Part shown: in pieces, positions 28,720-39,379 of the stretch | How the letters are laid out: every line of letters starts with the position of its first letter | Numbering within the stretch: the stretch's first letter is position 1 | Source: Cytophagales bacterium | GTDB taxonomy: Bacteria > Bacteroidota > Bacteroidia > Cytophagales > Thermoflexibacteraceae | NCBI GenBank assembly: GCA_038209965.1 | Contig: JBBQXF010000003.1 | Coordinates: 25,420-89,419 of the forward strand | Direction of reading: 5' to 3' | Length of the DNA stretch: 64,000 nucleotides | Notes under the pieces: model-generated | Seen by the model: only the letters and a program-made list of their open reading frames with translations | What the model was told of the DNA's origin: nothing | Database searches by the model: none | Program-made: the position numbers and the translations under genes

Positions 28720-29505
28720 ATGAAAAAAATAACATTATTGCTTTTAGGCATTGCGTTTGCTTTATCAGCTTGCAACAAAACTGACCAAAAAAAAGCAGGT
28801 ATCAGCGAAAGTGATGCTAAGGATGTTGAAAAAATCTTGAGCGAGAACGGTGGTGAAGGCTGCTTTATTCCTTATCAAGCCAAAGTCTGCGAACTTATAG
28901 ACAAGGAAACTATCGCCCAAATACTTGGTGTTGATGCGGGTAAAATGACAGTAATGGATGTGTTTAAAACTTTGCACGAGAGTGGTAAAAATAAAGATAA
29001 GCCCTACAAAGGATCTCAATCTGCCATTTGTGATTATGAATGGGAAGATGAGACTAAAAAAATAAAGGAATATATACCAGGATTAGGCAAAGAAGTTGAC
29101 CTGCCTATGTATGCAAAGGTTCAAATAACTGGTTTGGCACTTCAAAAAAACGTAGCAAGTTTTAAGCAAACTCACCGTAGTGTGAGTAAAGACGAAATGG
29201 AGGAGGCTGGTAAAAACGCAAGCGAGCGAATAGATAAAAGTGGTAAACACACCAAACAAGAAGTAAACACCGCCACAGATATGCTCAACGCATTGTCAGA
29301 AGCGCAGGTGGTAACCTATCTGAATGATTTGGGTGAAGTCGCCGCCAGCACTCGCTCCAAACTTAGTGGTGAGCAAGCCGAACTCGCTGTATATTATCGT
29401 GGCAATCAGTTTCAGGTATATGTAAATATGGGAGGCAAAACACACGCCCAAAACTTAGAACTTAGTGTGCAAATTGCCAAAGAAGTACTTAAAAAATGCA
29501 AGTAA
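28720..29505 (+). CDS. Hypothetical lipoprotein (low-GC island).
   Basis: Signal plus lipobox ALSAC. 261 aa. Shared C-terminal motif with 27881..28660. Confidence 0.6.
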   Translation: MKKITLLLLGIAFALSACNKTDQKKAGISESDAKDVEKILSENGGEGCFIPYQAKVCELIDKETIAQILGVDAGKMTVMDVFKTLHESGKNKDKPYKGSQSAICDYEWEDETKKIKEYIPGLGKEVDLPMYAKVQITGLALQKNVASFKQTHRSVSKDEMEEAGKNASERIDKSGKHTKQEVNTATDMLNALSEAQVVTYLNDLGEVAASTRSKLSGEQAELAVYYRGNQFQVYVNMGGKTHAQNLELSVQIAKEVLKKCK

Positions 29506-29530
29506 ACCACAATTTTAACCCAAAATAAAC

Positions 29531-30229
29531 ATGAAAAAGACAAGTTTAATTATTGTATTTCTGTTGGTGTTGTCTGTTGGCTATGCCCAAACCAACGACT
29601 GTAACGGCTATTTTGCCTACAAACAAGGTACTAAGTTTGAGCTGACTTGTTACGACAAAAAAGACAAAGTCACAACTCTGCTCAAGTATGAGGTTAAGAA
29701 AAATGTATCTTCAGCAAGCAAGACAGAGTTTTTCTTTTACAACGAAACCATGGACGACAAAGGCAAACTGCTTGTCAAAGGCGACTACAGCGTAGAATGT
29801 AAGGATGGGCAAGTGTTTGCCGACGTGCGCAACATCAGTTCGTTTGCAGCCCCCAAAACGGCGGATGTGGAAATGAGTTTTACCGGTGATAAAATTACCT
29901 ACCCCCACAACCTAAGTCAGGGGCAAAAGCTTGCCGATGCCAATATGCAAGTCAAGGGGGGGATGGCAAATGTGGGTTTGAACCTTATCAATATAAACAT
30001 GTCTTTTACCAATCGCAAGGTAGAGGGCTTTATGCCGATAACTACACCGGCGGGTACGTTTGAGTGTGTCAAAATATCTTATGACAGTGACGTAAAAAGT
30101 GGTTTGTTCAAATTTAACGGCAAGACTACCGAATACCTTGCCAAAGGCATTGGGATAGTAAAATCAGAATCTTTTGACAAAAAAGGCGTAAAATCGTCCT
30201 CCATCATATTGACCAAATTAGAAAAATAA
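29531..30229 (+). CDS. Hypothetical secreted protein.
   Basis: Signal MKKTSLIIVFLLVLSVGYAQ. 232 aa. Low GC. Confidence 0.55.
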   Translation: MKKTSLIIVFLLVLSVGYAQTNDCNGYFAYKQGTKFELTCYDKKDKVTTLLKYEVKKNVSSASKTEFFFYNETMDDKGKLLVKGDYSVECKDGQVFADVRNISSFAAPKTADVEMSFTGDKITYPHNLSQGQKLADANMQVKGGMANVGLNLININMSFTNRKVEGFMPITTPAGTFECVKISYDSDVKSGLFKFNGKTTEYLAKGIGIVKSESFDKKGVKSSSIILTKLEK

Positions 30230-31236
30230 TGAAAAAGATCATCATCATTTTATGTTTGTGTGGGATTGGGTTTGGGCAAATAGCTGCCCAAACCTATACT
30301 TTCAACGCCAAGGCAACTTTTAAAATTCAAACAGATGAAGGGTCGTTTAGCTCTTACTTTTACCTCAATACCAAAAATGGTAATGCAGGACATGATGCTC
30401 AAGCCTTTCAAATGATGACTAAGGAAAATGTTGACGGGTACATTTTTTCGCTGGTTGAATATGGAAAAAAAATGTCGCAATACATGAATGTCGAAGGCAG
30501 AAAATATGTGGTAGAGCAGCCTCTATCCAGAGAAAATTATACTGCAGACATGTTTTGGAAAGAATTCAAAAAAACCGGAAAACGCCAAACTTTCGGGAAA
30601 TATGCGGCCCAAGAATATACAGGGACAAGCGAAGACAGAAAAATAGCCATCTGGCTAGGCGAAAAAACCTACAACTTGGATGGTAAGCTACAAGGCGATA
30701 TTGTAGGGCATTATGGTGTTGGTTATTTGTTCAAACCTTCTGAAAATGCCTATTACCTGATTGTTCACTTCAAAGATGAAGATGCCCAAGTAACACTTTT
30801 GGATATAATACCTTTCTCCAAATCTGTTGCGTTGAATGGCTATGAGAAAATGAAAGTGCCAGTAATGCCAGATACCATGCTCCAAGGCAACGGCAATCCC
30901 AATCAAAACGAAGAGCCACCCAACAATAAAGGGCAGGGATATGGAATGGAAAATTTGAAATGCTCAAGCACGTACGGAGCGGCCATTTCAGCTTTGGAGC
31001 AGTCCCTATCAAGTTACAAAAATTTGCTCAATAATCCTCAGGTTGGTGCAGAACAGAAGGCGGAATTTCGTAAAATGCTTACTTGCCTTGAAGGCAAACT
31101 GCCTTTGATGAAGCTTGCCAAGGAGGAAGCTCTGCGAGCCGAGCAGCGCTATTCCAATAATCAGGAAAAATTGATGGAGGAATGCCAAAAGATTGAAGAG
31201 AAATTAGAAAAAAATACGGCTCATCTATGTCCCTAG
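30229..31236 (+). CDS. Hypothetical secreted protein with a C-terminal coiled coil.
   Basis: Signal MKKIIIILCLCGIGFGQIAAQ. 335 aa. The start overlaps the previous stop (ATGA). Confidence 0.55.
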   Translation: MKKIIIILCLCGIGFGQIAAQTYTFNAKATFKIQTDEGSFSSYFYLNTKNGNAGHDAQAFQMMTKENVDGYIFSLVEYGKKMSQYMNVEGRKYVVEQPLSRENYTADMFWKEFKKTGKRQTFGKYAAQEYTGTSEDRKIAIWLGEKTYNLDGKLQGDIVGHYGVGYLFKPSENAYYLIVHFKDEDAQVTLLDIIPFSKSVALNGYEKMKVPVMPDTMLQGNGNPNQNEEPPNNKGQGYGMENLKCSSTYGAAISALEQSLSSYKNLLNNPQVGAEQKAEFRKMLTCLEGKLPLMKLAKEEALRAEQRYSNNQEKLMEECQKIEEKLEKNTAHLCP

Positions 31237-31505
31237 AGAAATAAACCTAGTTTTTGGTTGGGCAGGGTGAATGGGGCAATGCGCTGGATGTATGATAACA
31301 GTATTTTTGCTGATTGAAAATAAACGAGTTACTTGTTTCTACAATTCGTCGGCTTGGTGTAGGATCATTTATTGGGTGTTGTCATTTCTCGCCGAATAAG
31401 TAGAAAATAAACCTCTCAGTGGCTTCTCGACGACAAAATAAATTTGACCAATTGATTACCAAAGCTTAAAATATTAGTTTTTTTGCACCCAAGGCCACCT
31501 TCATT

Positions 31506-32474
31506 TTATCGGCCAGTGGTAGCTTTTACCTCTTCACCGTCCACTATTTTCTTGTCCACAATGAAAAAGGGCCGTTGCTTGGCCTGAAAAAATATCCGCA
31601 GCACGTATTCACCGATTACGCCGAGCGAAATGAGTTGTACCCCGCTGAACAACGAGACCACGATGAGCAAAGTGGTGTAGCCCTCGGGCACAGTATCAAA
31701 GAAATACTTGACCGTCAAGGTATAAATAATGAGGATCAGGGAAAGCAACATAATGAACCAACCCATGCCCGTGATCAGCTTGATGGGCACTTCACTAAAG
31801 TTGAAAATCCCGTTGTAGGCCAGTTTGAGCAGCATTTTAAACGAGTATTTGGGTTGGCCGGCCTGCCGTTTGGCGCGCTCATAGGCCAGCCCCACTTGTT
31901 TAAACCCGATCCACGTGCGCATCCCCCGGATGTAGCGGCTCTCCTCGGGCATTTGGTTGAGGATGTCCACCACCCGGCGGCTCATCAGGCAAAAGTCGCC
32001 ACTATCCAAGGGGATGTCGATATAGGAGATCGATTTGAGGATCCGATAAAACAAGTAATAACCGATTTTTTTTGGCCAGCTTTCCTTCCGTTTTTGCCGC
32101 ACGGCGTACACCACGTCATAACCTTCCCCCAGTTTGGCGTAAAAATCGGGGAGCAGTTCGGGGGGATCTTGCAGGTCACCATCCAGCACCATGATGGCCT
32201 CCGTGCCCCGGGCCGAGGCCAACCCGGCGGTCAGGGCCAACTGGTGGCCGTGGTTGCGCGACAAGAAAACACAGTGGTAGCGGGCATCGCTCAGGGCCAG
32301 GGCCGCCATGAGCTGGGCGGTGTTGTCCCGGCTGCCGTCGTTGACCAGCACGACCTCGATCCGTTTGGTCGATTGCGCCATGACCAGACTTAGGCGCGCG
32401 ATGAGCAGGGAAAACATTTGGCTTTCGTTGTAGAGTGGAATGACAAATGAGATTTCGGGCAGTGGCTGGGGCAT
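31506..32474 (-). CDS. GT2-family polyprenyl-phosphate glycosyltransferase (ArnC/GtrB/DPM1-like) with C-terminal TM helices.
   Basis: ISFVIPLYNE…VNDGSRDNT…DGDLQDPPE (DxD). C-terminal TM segments. Confidence 0.85.
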   Translation of the reverse strand: MPQPLPEISFVIPLYNESQMFSLLIARLSLVMAQSTKRIEVVLVNDGSRDNTAQLMAALALSDARYHCVFLSRNHGHQLALTAGLASARGTEAIMVLDGDLQDPPELLPDFYAKLGEGYDVVYAVRQKRKESWPKKIGYYLFYRILKSISYIDIPLDSGDFCLMSRRVVDILNQMPEESRYIRGMRTWIGFKQVGLAYERAKRQAGQPKYSFKMLLKLAYNGIFNFSEVPIKLITGMGWFIMLLSLILIIYTLTVKYFFDTVPEGYTTLLIVVSLFSGVQLISLGVIGEYVLRIFFQAKQRPFFIVDKKIVDGEEVKATTGR

Positions 32475-32586
32475 CTTCAACGGATTGGCGTGCACAAATA
32501 ACCGAAAAAAGTGGGACTTTTGTCAACGTAAACCCTTGGTCATTGTGGAAATAGTCGTTTATCATTTTTTATTACTTGGCGGACTC

Positions 32587-34575
32587 ATGATCGCTTGTAT
32601 GGGCGTGGGCCATGCCCTGCGAGCCATAGCCCTCCGGCAATTCCCAGTTTTGGGCTACGACCAGTGGCTTTTTAGCGGTTTAGTGGGGGCCGTAGCCTTG
32701 GCCGCTGCCACAGCACTCTGGCACACGCACGGGGTTACTATTTTCGGCCTTACGTTACCCATGGCGGCTTTTTTTTGGTACGAACTCAGGTGCTCGACTC
32801 AGGTGCTTCCGGCGGGAGAGGAGCTTTCTCCACCTCTCCCGCCGCCAATTCGGGGGCGGGTGGTTGCGCTATGGCCGGGCTTAGTGGGGGGCGTGTTCGT
32901 GTATGCGTTTTGCGCGTGGGGCTTTGTGCGCCCGGGGGCCTATGTACCCTATAATATCCCCGATCCTCAGGCCACTTTCCACCACGACCACGTGTATAGT
33001 TCCCGTATCGCCTATTTTAGCCAGCTATCTGGTCAGGAAAGCGATGTCTTTCTGCTAAATCTCCTAGATCCTGCCTACCGAGGCACCAAGCCCTACCACT
33101 ACCTTGAACTCTGGCTTACTAATACTGTGGCTGGGGTCACGGGGCATCGCCAAGTGGCTATCCTTTATCTGGTGGTTTATCCCTTTTTCTATTGGCTTGG
33201 TTTGGTGGGGATTTTGGCTGTATGGTCGGCTGGACGCACGCTGGCGCCTGGCTGGCTGCTGGTGGGCAGCATCGCATTTTTGTTTGTGGGTGGGTTTACC
33301 TTTGAATTTTATAAATCGGTGCGTTTCTTATCGCTTCTTTCGGTGTACAAGCACCCTCTCATTAGTGGCCTACCTAAACTGGGGCAAGTGTACGTCTTTT
33401 TGCTAGCAGGGCTGTTACTTGTCTGGCGCGGTCGCTGGATCGAAGGCCTACTCACACTGCTCATGCTCGGCACCACCTATTTAGTAGTGTTTCCGGGGGT
33501 GGCATTGGCTGCTGGCGCGGCTACCGTCGGGGCTTGGCTTTTTCGTATAGTGCCCCGTCCCCAAGCCATTCGCGGTATGATTTACGCTAGTTTTTTTGGC
33601 TTGAGCGTAGCCGCGTTTTATCATTTTTTCGACGTCTCTACGGTGGGGCGAGAGGGTGCCAGCACCCGCGAAATCGCTGGCTTGCTCCAAGGGGTGGTGG
33701 ATCCTGAAACCCTCCGTCTTCGGTTTAATATCATCGTAGGCGGCCTGCTTCAGGTCGGCATTGTGTATGCTCCATACCTCTTGCTCATTGTCGTTTTCTG
33801 GCCCCAATGGTGGGTGCAGGTAGGATTACCGTCCCGCGTCAGCCTCATTTTCGCTTTTATCTTACTCTCGGCTGGTACGGTCGCTTGGGCCGTGTTCTAC
33901 AAACAGCTAAATTCTTTGCAACTTTTTTATAACCTTGGCATTCCACTGGCCAATGTTCTGCTCATTGCCCTAGCCGGCTGGCTCATCCGGCAGCCTATTA
34001 CTTGGCGGAGCTGGTTTGCCGGCTTGATATTTAGCCTCTCGTCGCTGCTGCTTTTTTGGGATAGTCTATACGTTTACCCACTAAAATTTTATCCTCCGGT
34101 CTATTCCGATGCCTATCTTGAGCGAATAGATACCTACCTCCACACCCAGCTTGGCACTTGGCTGGCTGGGGCCTCTCTCCGAGCCGAAACGGCCTTCCCT
34201 AATATCTTCGAAAAATACGTGACCATTTATACCAACGGCAGCTACTTGCCCTATCTCGGTAATGGCGGCGCGGTAGCCATCAGCCTCAACGATGGCGAGA
34301 TTCCCCTGAGCACCGATCCGCTCGTGCGGGAGCGCGAAAAGCAGGCCATTGGCATGGGCTTGTTCTATCGTTGGCTGGCCCGCGAAAAGGCGGTGGGCAC
34401 TTATCGCGATTTGCCGACGAGCCAATTGGCCTTTATCCAGCATTTCAAGCTCCGGTTCCTGATCCTTTCGGCGGGGGTGGCAGTGCCCCCCAATCTCCAG
34501 CCCTTATTGGAAAGTCGATTTGTGGATCCGCTATCGGGCGAACAGTTTGTCATTTTTAGACCTGTAAAACAATGA
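32587..34575 (+). CDS. Large polytopic membrane protein (probable GT-C-like glycosyltransferase partner of the GT2) with a soluble C-terminal domain.
   Basis: >12 predicted TM helices, divergent from the GT2 gene. About 660 aa. The start is uncertain (ATG 32587 chosen). Confidence 0.55.
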   Translation: MIACMGVGHALRAIALRQFPVLGYDQWLFSGLVGAVALAAATALWHTHGVTIFGLTLPMAAFFWYELRCSTQVLPAGEELSPPLPPPIRGRVVALWPGLVGGVFVYAFCAWGFVRPGAYVPYNIPDPQATFHHDHVYSSRIAYFSQLSGQESDVFLLNLLDPAYRGTKPYHYLELWLTNTVAGVTGHRQVAILYLVVYPFFYWLGLVGILAVWSAGRTLAPGWLLVGSIAFLFVGGFTFEFYKSVRFLSLLSVYKHPLISGLPKLGQVYVFLLAGLLLVWRGRWIEGLLTLLMLGTTYLVVFPGVALAAGAATVGAWLFRIVPRPQAIRGMIYASFFGLSVAAFYHFFDVSTVGREGASTREIAGLLQGVVDPETLRLRFNIIVGGLLQVGIVYAPYLLLIVVFWPQWWVQVGLPSRVSLIFAFILLSAGTVAWAVFYKQLNSLQLFYNLGIPLANVLLIALAGWLIRQPITWRSWFAGLIFSLSSLLLFWDSLYVYPLKFYPPVYSDAYLERIDTYLHTQLGTWLAGASLRAETAFPNIFEKYVTIYTNGSYLPYLGNGGAVAISLNDGEIPLSTDPLVREREKQAIGMGLFYRWLAREKAVGTYRDLPTSQLAFIQHFKLRFLILSAGVAVPPNLQPLLESRFVDPLSGEQFVIFRPVKQ

Positions 34576-34578
34576 ACA

Positions 34579-36621
34579 ATGGGCGTTGCCACGTATTATT
34601 TTTTGTTGCTGCTGGGATTGATCACTGCCAGCGGCATCATTGGCCACGGCCTGAGGCGCATGGTGTGGGGGCGGCCAATGCCCCGCAACTACACCCAACT
34701 GCTGTTTGATGGCCTGACCGGGGCTTTGGGGCTGGCCACCGTTGCGGCACTTTGGTGGACCCAATCGATAACCGTCCACTTGACCGTTCTGCTCATTGCA
34801 GCTTTTTTTCTGGTGGAGGTTTGGTCGATAAAGGGTGCGTCCCGCCGGGCCGAACCTGCCCCGGAGTCCTTGCCCTGGCGATCCGCTTGGCCCGTCTTGG
34901 TGGGGGCACTCTTGATTTTTGGCTTCTGTGCGTGGGGGTTTGTGCGCCCCGGGGCGATTGTCCAGTTCAACATCCCCGATGCCCAGGCCACGGTCAACCA
35001 CGATCATATTTACAGTGCGCGGATTGCTTACTTTAGCCAACTTTCCGGCCAAGAGTCCGATGTATTTTTGCTCAACCTGCTCGATCCGGCCTACGGCGGA
35101 GTCAAGCCCTACCATTACCTCGAGTTGTGGCTCACCAATGCCGTGGCCGGGATCACGGGCACCAATCAAGTCGTGGTGCTGTACTTGGTCATTTATCCAT
35201 TTTTCTATTGGCTGGCTTTGGTCGGCATCCTCGCCCTGTGGGAGGGTGCTGGCAGTCGGCCCTCAGGTTGGCGGTGGCCAATCGCTCTGCTGTTGCTTTT
35301 TGTGGGCGGTTTCACGTTTGAATTGTACAAAGAGATTGGCTTTTTGGCCCTGCTCAGCACCTACAAACACGCGGTCATGAGTGGGCTGGCCAAATTGGCG
35401 ACCATTTACGTCTTTTTGCTGGCCTTTTTGCGCTTGGTGCAGCAACGCCAGATCCTGTTTGCCTTGTTGACTTTGCTGTTGTTGGGCACGGCTTCATCGG
35501 TGGTTTTCCCCGCCATCGCTTTGGCCACTTGCGCCGCCGCCTTGGGGGCCGTTGGGTTTGGGTGGCTTCCCCGATCGGTGGCTTGGCGGGCGCTTGGCTA
35601 TGCCCTGACTTTTGGCCTGGCCGTGGCAGCATTCTATCATTTTTTTGATACGTCAACCGTGGGCCGGGAGGGAGCCAGTGCCAAAAGTGTGGGTAGTTTA
35701 ATCATGAACTTGGTTGATTATAGCACCCTGCGCACCCGTTTCAACATCATTGTGGGGACAATGATCCAGTTGGCGATTGTCTACGCCCCGTTTCTGTTGG
35801 TAGTCCTCCTGTTTTGGTCGGATTGGTGGCGCGAAGTGGCCAAACCGTACTTGGGCCTACTGCTTTTTGTCCTGCTCCTCTTGCTTTCGGGCACGGTGGC
35901 TTGGACGGTATTTTACAAGCAGCTCAACTCGTCCCAATTGTTCTATAACTTGGCCGTTCCACTGTGCAATGTACTGGTTTTTGCTCTGGCGGTTTGGGTG
36001 ATCCAGCGGCGCACCACTTGGCGGAGTTGGGTGGCCGGCGGGGTGTTTGTAGCCTCGGCCGTCCTGCTTTTCTGGGAAAGCCTATCCGAATACCCCCTCA
36101 AGAACACTCCGGTCAATTATTCCGATGCTTACTTGCAGCAAGTGGAAACCTACCTTGGCACGCAGCCCGGCGGCTGGCTGGCCGGGGCTTCGCTGAAAGC
36201 TGGGTCGGCCTACTACGACGTGTTCCAAAAATACGTGACCATTTATACTAACGGCAGCTACTTGCCCTATCTCGGTAATGGCGGCGCGGTGGCCATCAGC
36301 CTCAACGATGGCGAGATTCCCCTGAGCACCGATCCGCTCGTGCGGGAGCGCGAAAAGCAGGCCATTGGCATGGGCTTGTTCTATCGTTGGCTGGCCCGCG
36401 AAAAGGCGGCGGGCACTTATCGCGATTTGCCGACGAGCCAATTGGCCTTTATCCAGCATTTCAAGCTCCGGTTCCTGATCCTTTCGGCGGGGGTGGCAGT
36501 GCCAACGCCCATTCTGCCGCTGGTCAAGGCCCAGTTTGCCGATTCGATTTCGGGTGAGCAGTTCCTGATCCTCGATCTGGTCAAGCCAGCGGGTTCCAAC
36601 ACAGTCGGCCCACCAAAATAA
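34579..36621 (+). CDS. Tandem paralog of the preceding membrane protein.
   Basis: Alignable throughout (…FVRPGA(Y/I)V…NIPD(P/A)QAT…HDH(V/I)YS(S/A)RIAYFSQLSGQESDVFLLNLLDPAY…). The last ~110 codons are nearly identical at the nucleotide level to 34200-34500. Confidence 0.6.
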   Translation: MGVATYYFLLLLGLITASGIIGHGLRRMVWGRPMPRNYTQLLFDGLTGALGLATVAALWWTQSITVHLTVLLIAAFFLVEVWSIKGASRRAEPAPESLPWRSAWPVLVGALLIFGFCAWGFVRPGAIVQFNIPDAQATVNHDHIYSARIAYFSQLSGQESDVFLLNLLDPAYGGVKPYHYLELWLTNAVAGITGTNQVVVLYLVIYPFFYWLALVGILALWEGAGSRPSGWRWPIALLLLFVGGFTFELYKEIGFLALLSTYKHAVMSGLAKLATIYVFLLAFLRLVQQRQILFALLTLLLLGTASSVVFPAIALATCAAALGAVGFGWLPRSVAWRALGYALTFGLAVAAFYHFFDTSTVGREGASAKSVGSLIMNLVDYSTLRTRFNIIVGTMIQLAIVYAPFLLVVLLFWSDWWREVAKPYLGLLLFVLLLLLSGTVAWTVFYKQLNSSQLFYNLAVPLCNVLVFALAVWVIQRRTTWRSWVAGGVFVASAVLLFWESLSEYPLKNTPVNYSDAYLQQVETYLGTQPGGWLAGASLKAGSAYYDVFQKYVTIYTNGSYLPYLGNGGAVAISLNDGEIPLSTDPLVREREKQAIGMGLFYRWLAREKAAGTYRDLPTSQLAFIQHFKLRFLILSAGVAVPTPILPLVKAQFADSISGEQFLILDLVKPAGSNTVGPPK

Positions 36622-36879
36622 TCGACTGTCGTTTCCCCGTCTCGATAAGTGGCTTTGCGGCTGGCCACAAACCGTTCCCCAACTGGTCTGCCCGGCCTAA
36701 TTCTTTTTTGCGGCCAAGTCGGGCAACTTGCCGCTTGATGCTGTTGGCCGCTTTGGTCGATCCGCAATCAAAAATTGAGTGGAAGTCAAGATCGAGGGTA
36801 AAATATTGAAAATCAGGTCATCTGCCGTTGTCATTTTGGCTTGGCGCGATTTGTTACAAGTACGTTGGGCTTGCCAAAT

Positions 36880-37075
36880 AAAGGGTAGCCCCACTTGTTT
36901 AAACCCGATCCATGTGCGCATCCCCCGGATGTAGCGGCTCGCCTCGGGCATTTGGTTGAGAATGTCCACCACCCGGCGGCTCATCAGGCAAAAGTCGCCA
37001 CTATCCAAGGGAATGTCTATATAGGAGATCGATTTGAGGATCCGATAAAACAAGTAATAACCGATTTTTTTCCGC
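36880..37075 (-). pseudogene. ~200-bp fragment duplicating an internal part of the GT2 gene (matches 31880-32080).
   Basis: Near-identical DNA (…cccacttgtttaaacccgatcca(c/t)gtgcgcatcccccggatgtagcggct…ccgataaaacaagtaataaccgattttttt). ORF 36697..37053 begins with a GT2 peptide (…YRILKSISYIDIPLDSGDFCLMSRRVVDILNQMPE…). Confidence 0.75.
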
Positions 37076-37111
37076 GACGGGACTCAGCCCAAAACCGGGA
37101 CTTCAAACAAC

Positions 37112-39297
37112 TTGGGCGAACTCAACATTGGGCGAAAAGTGAACATGCCCGGCCCCATGTTTTTCTCGCTCTGGCCCGGCCAGATTGCCAAAATCATCCC
37201 CGGCCACCACTTGCGCTCAAACCAGTACCTGCTCGTGCGCGTGTATGACGAAACCGAAGCCAAGAAGAACTGGGCCAAAGCGGTGGTCAAGACCAAAAAT
37301 ATCGGCGATGGTGGCGACGAAGAAATAATCACCGCCGAAACCCCCGATCTGATCACGGGCCGCCAATTGATCATCAAGGGAACCACCGTTTCGTTTTACA
37401 TCCCGCCCACGGGCGTGGAAATTGTCCGCGATGAAAACGGCAACTACGTGCGCGAAGCGGTTACTTTGGAACGACTGGAATACTGTATTTTGTTGAACGA
37501 AAACGGCAACAAACGGTATTTGCAGGGGCCAGCGGTCGTTTTTCCCGAGCCAACCGAAGAGTTTATCACCCGCAACGGCAACCGAAAATTCCGGGCCATT
37601 GAGCTCAATGAGATCAGTGGGCTGTACATCAAGGTCATTGCGCCCTACGTCGAGAATGGCCAGCACTACGAAGAAGGCGAAGAACTGTTCATCACTGGCA
37701 AAGATCACAAAATTTACTTTCCCCGCGCGGAACACGCCATTATCAAATATGGTGAACAAGAAGTGTACTACGCGGTGGCCATTCCGGCGGGCGAGGGCCG
37801 CTATGTGCTCAACCGCAAAACTGGCGAAGTAACGCTGAAAAAAGGCCCGGCCATGTTTTTGCCCGATCCCCGGGAGGCAGTCATCGTCCGGCGGCTGCTC
37901 GATGCCCGCCAAGTTGAGCTGTGGTTTCCTGGCAACCGGGAAGCCTTGGACTACAATTTGCGGCTCAAAGAACTGTTCCATCTAAGCCAAAAAGATGAAT
38001 TTATTTTGGCCAAAGACGTAGATGAAGCCCTCCAAAGCGAAAAAGTAAAGGAAAACTCGCGCAAACGGTCGATGACCTCGGTGCCCAGTGGGTTCACCGG
38101 CGATGAATTTAACCGCGCCGAACAGCAGGCCCCGCCCCGCACGGTCACGCTGTACACAAATACGAAGGGGCGGTCACCATCAATTTATGGACGGGTTACG
38201 CGATTTTGGTGGTGAGCAAATCGGGCAATCGCAAGGTTATCGTGGGGCCGCAAACGTACTTGGCCGATTACGATGAGAATTTGCAGATGACCGAACTATC
38301 GACCGGCACGCCCAAAACTGAAGCGAACCTATTGCGGACGGTTTATCTCAAGGTATTGCACAACAAGATTTCCGACATAGTAAAAGCTGAATCGGCCGAT
38401 TTTTGTCAAGTAAACATTCATGTGTCCTACCGGGTCAATTTTGAGGGTGAGCCAGAAAAATGGTTCAATGTGGAAAATTATGTCAAGTTCTTGACCGATC
38501 ACTTGCGATCGGTAATCCGCAATGCCGTCAAGCGGTACAAGATCATGGATTTTTATGCCAATGGAATCGGGATCATCCGCGATACCGTCTTGGGCATTGC
38601 CGTGGACAAGAGCAAGCGCGGCGGGCGGCGGTTTGAAGAAAACGGGATGCACATTTATGACGTGGAGGTGTTTGACATCAAGCTGGGCGATAACGGAATT
38701 GAAAATATGCTGATCAGTGCCGAACAGGACGTGATCCGACAGACGCTGGCCATTGCGGGCGAACGGCGCAAACTGGAACTGACCGAAGAGATCGAGCACG
38801 TGGCCCGCAAGGTGAGCGAGGCCAAGTCGCAGACCAAACAACAGGCACTGGAGTTGCAAAAAACCGAAATTGGAAAAACGCTGGAGAGCCAACTGGCTGC
38901 GCTGGAAGCCGAAATCTTGACCCGCCAGCGCGATCTGGAAGCCAAACTTTCCGGGCAGGAACAGATCGCCAAGATCAGCACCGCCGAACTGGGGATGGAG
39001 AAAGAACGGCGGGCCTTTGCCTTGGAGGTGGAACAGCAGCAGATGAGCCAATATTTGGCCCGGGCTCAAGCCGAGGTAAATGGGGTAGTGGCCAAGGCCG
39101 GGGCCATTTCACCCGACCTGATCGCCGCGCTGCAAGCCTTTAGCGATCGGGCACTGGCCGAGCGCGTGGCCACTTCGATGGCTCCGTTGTCCATTTTGGG
39201 GGGTGGCAGCGTCGCCGAAGTATTTGCCCAGATGCTCAAGGGCACGGTGCTGGGCAACGTGCTGAACGGTGGCATCGAGGATGTGCAGGTAGAATAA
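37112..39297 (+). pseudogene. Major vault protein (MVP) homolog with a single-base frameshift (A-run) near 38155-38165. It would encode ~730 aa if read through.
   Basis: N-terminal vault repeats (…IPAGEGRYVLNRKTGEVTLKKGP… ; …KVIVGPQTYLADYDENLQMTELSTGTPK…). Shoulder/SPFH-like region (…FEGEPEKWFNVENYVKFLTDHLRSVIRNAV…). Long cap-helix coiled coil with ISTAELGMEKERRAFALEVEQQQ… and C-terminal …MAPLSILGGG. These parallel human MVP segment by segment. Confidence 0.7.
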
Positions 39298-39379
39298 CTG
39301 CCGCACTGGAAAAGCCTAAAAAACCTGCTGGCCGCGCGCCCAGCAGGTTTTTTTAGGCTGCCTTCCAAGTTCGTCCGCC

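Noticed and set aside
31575-32393. 272-aa plus-strand ORF inside the GT2 gene.
   Set aside because: Antisense to a gene with a clear GT2 DxD motif.
37217-39069. Minus-strand ORFs 37217..37981 and 38329..39069.
   Set aside because: Both are antisense to the MVP homolog, whose segment-by-segment similarity to vault protein is strong.
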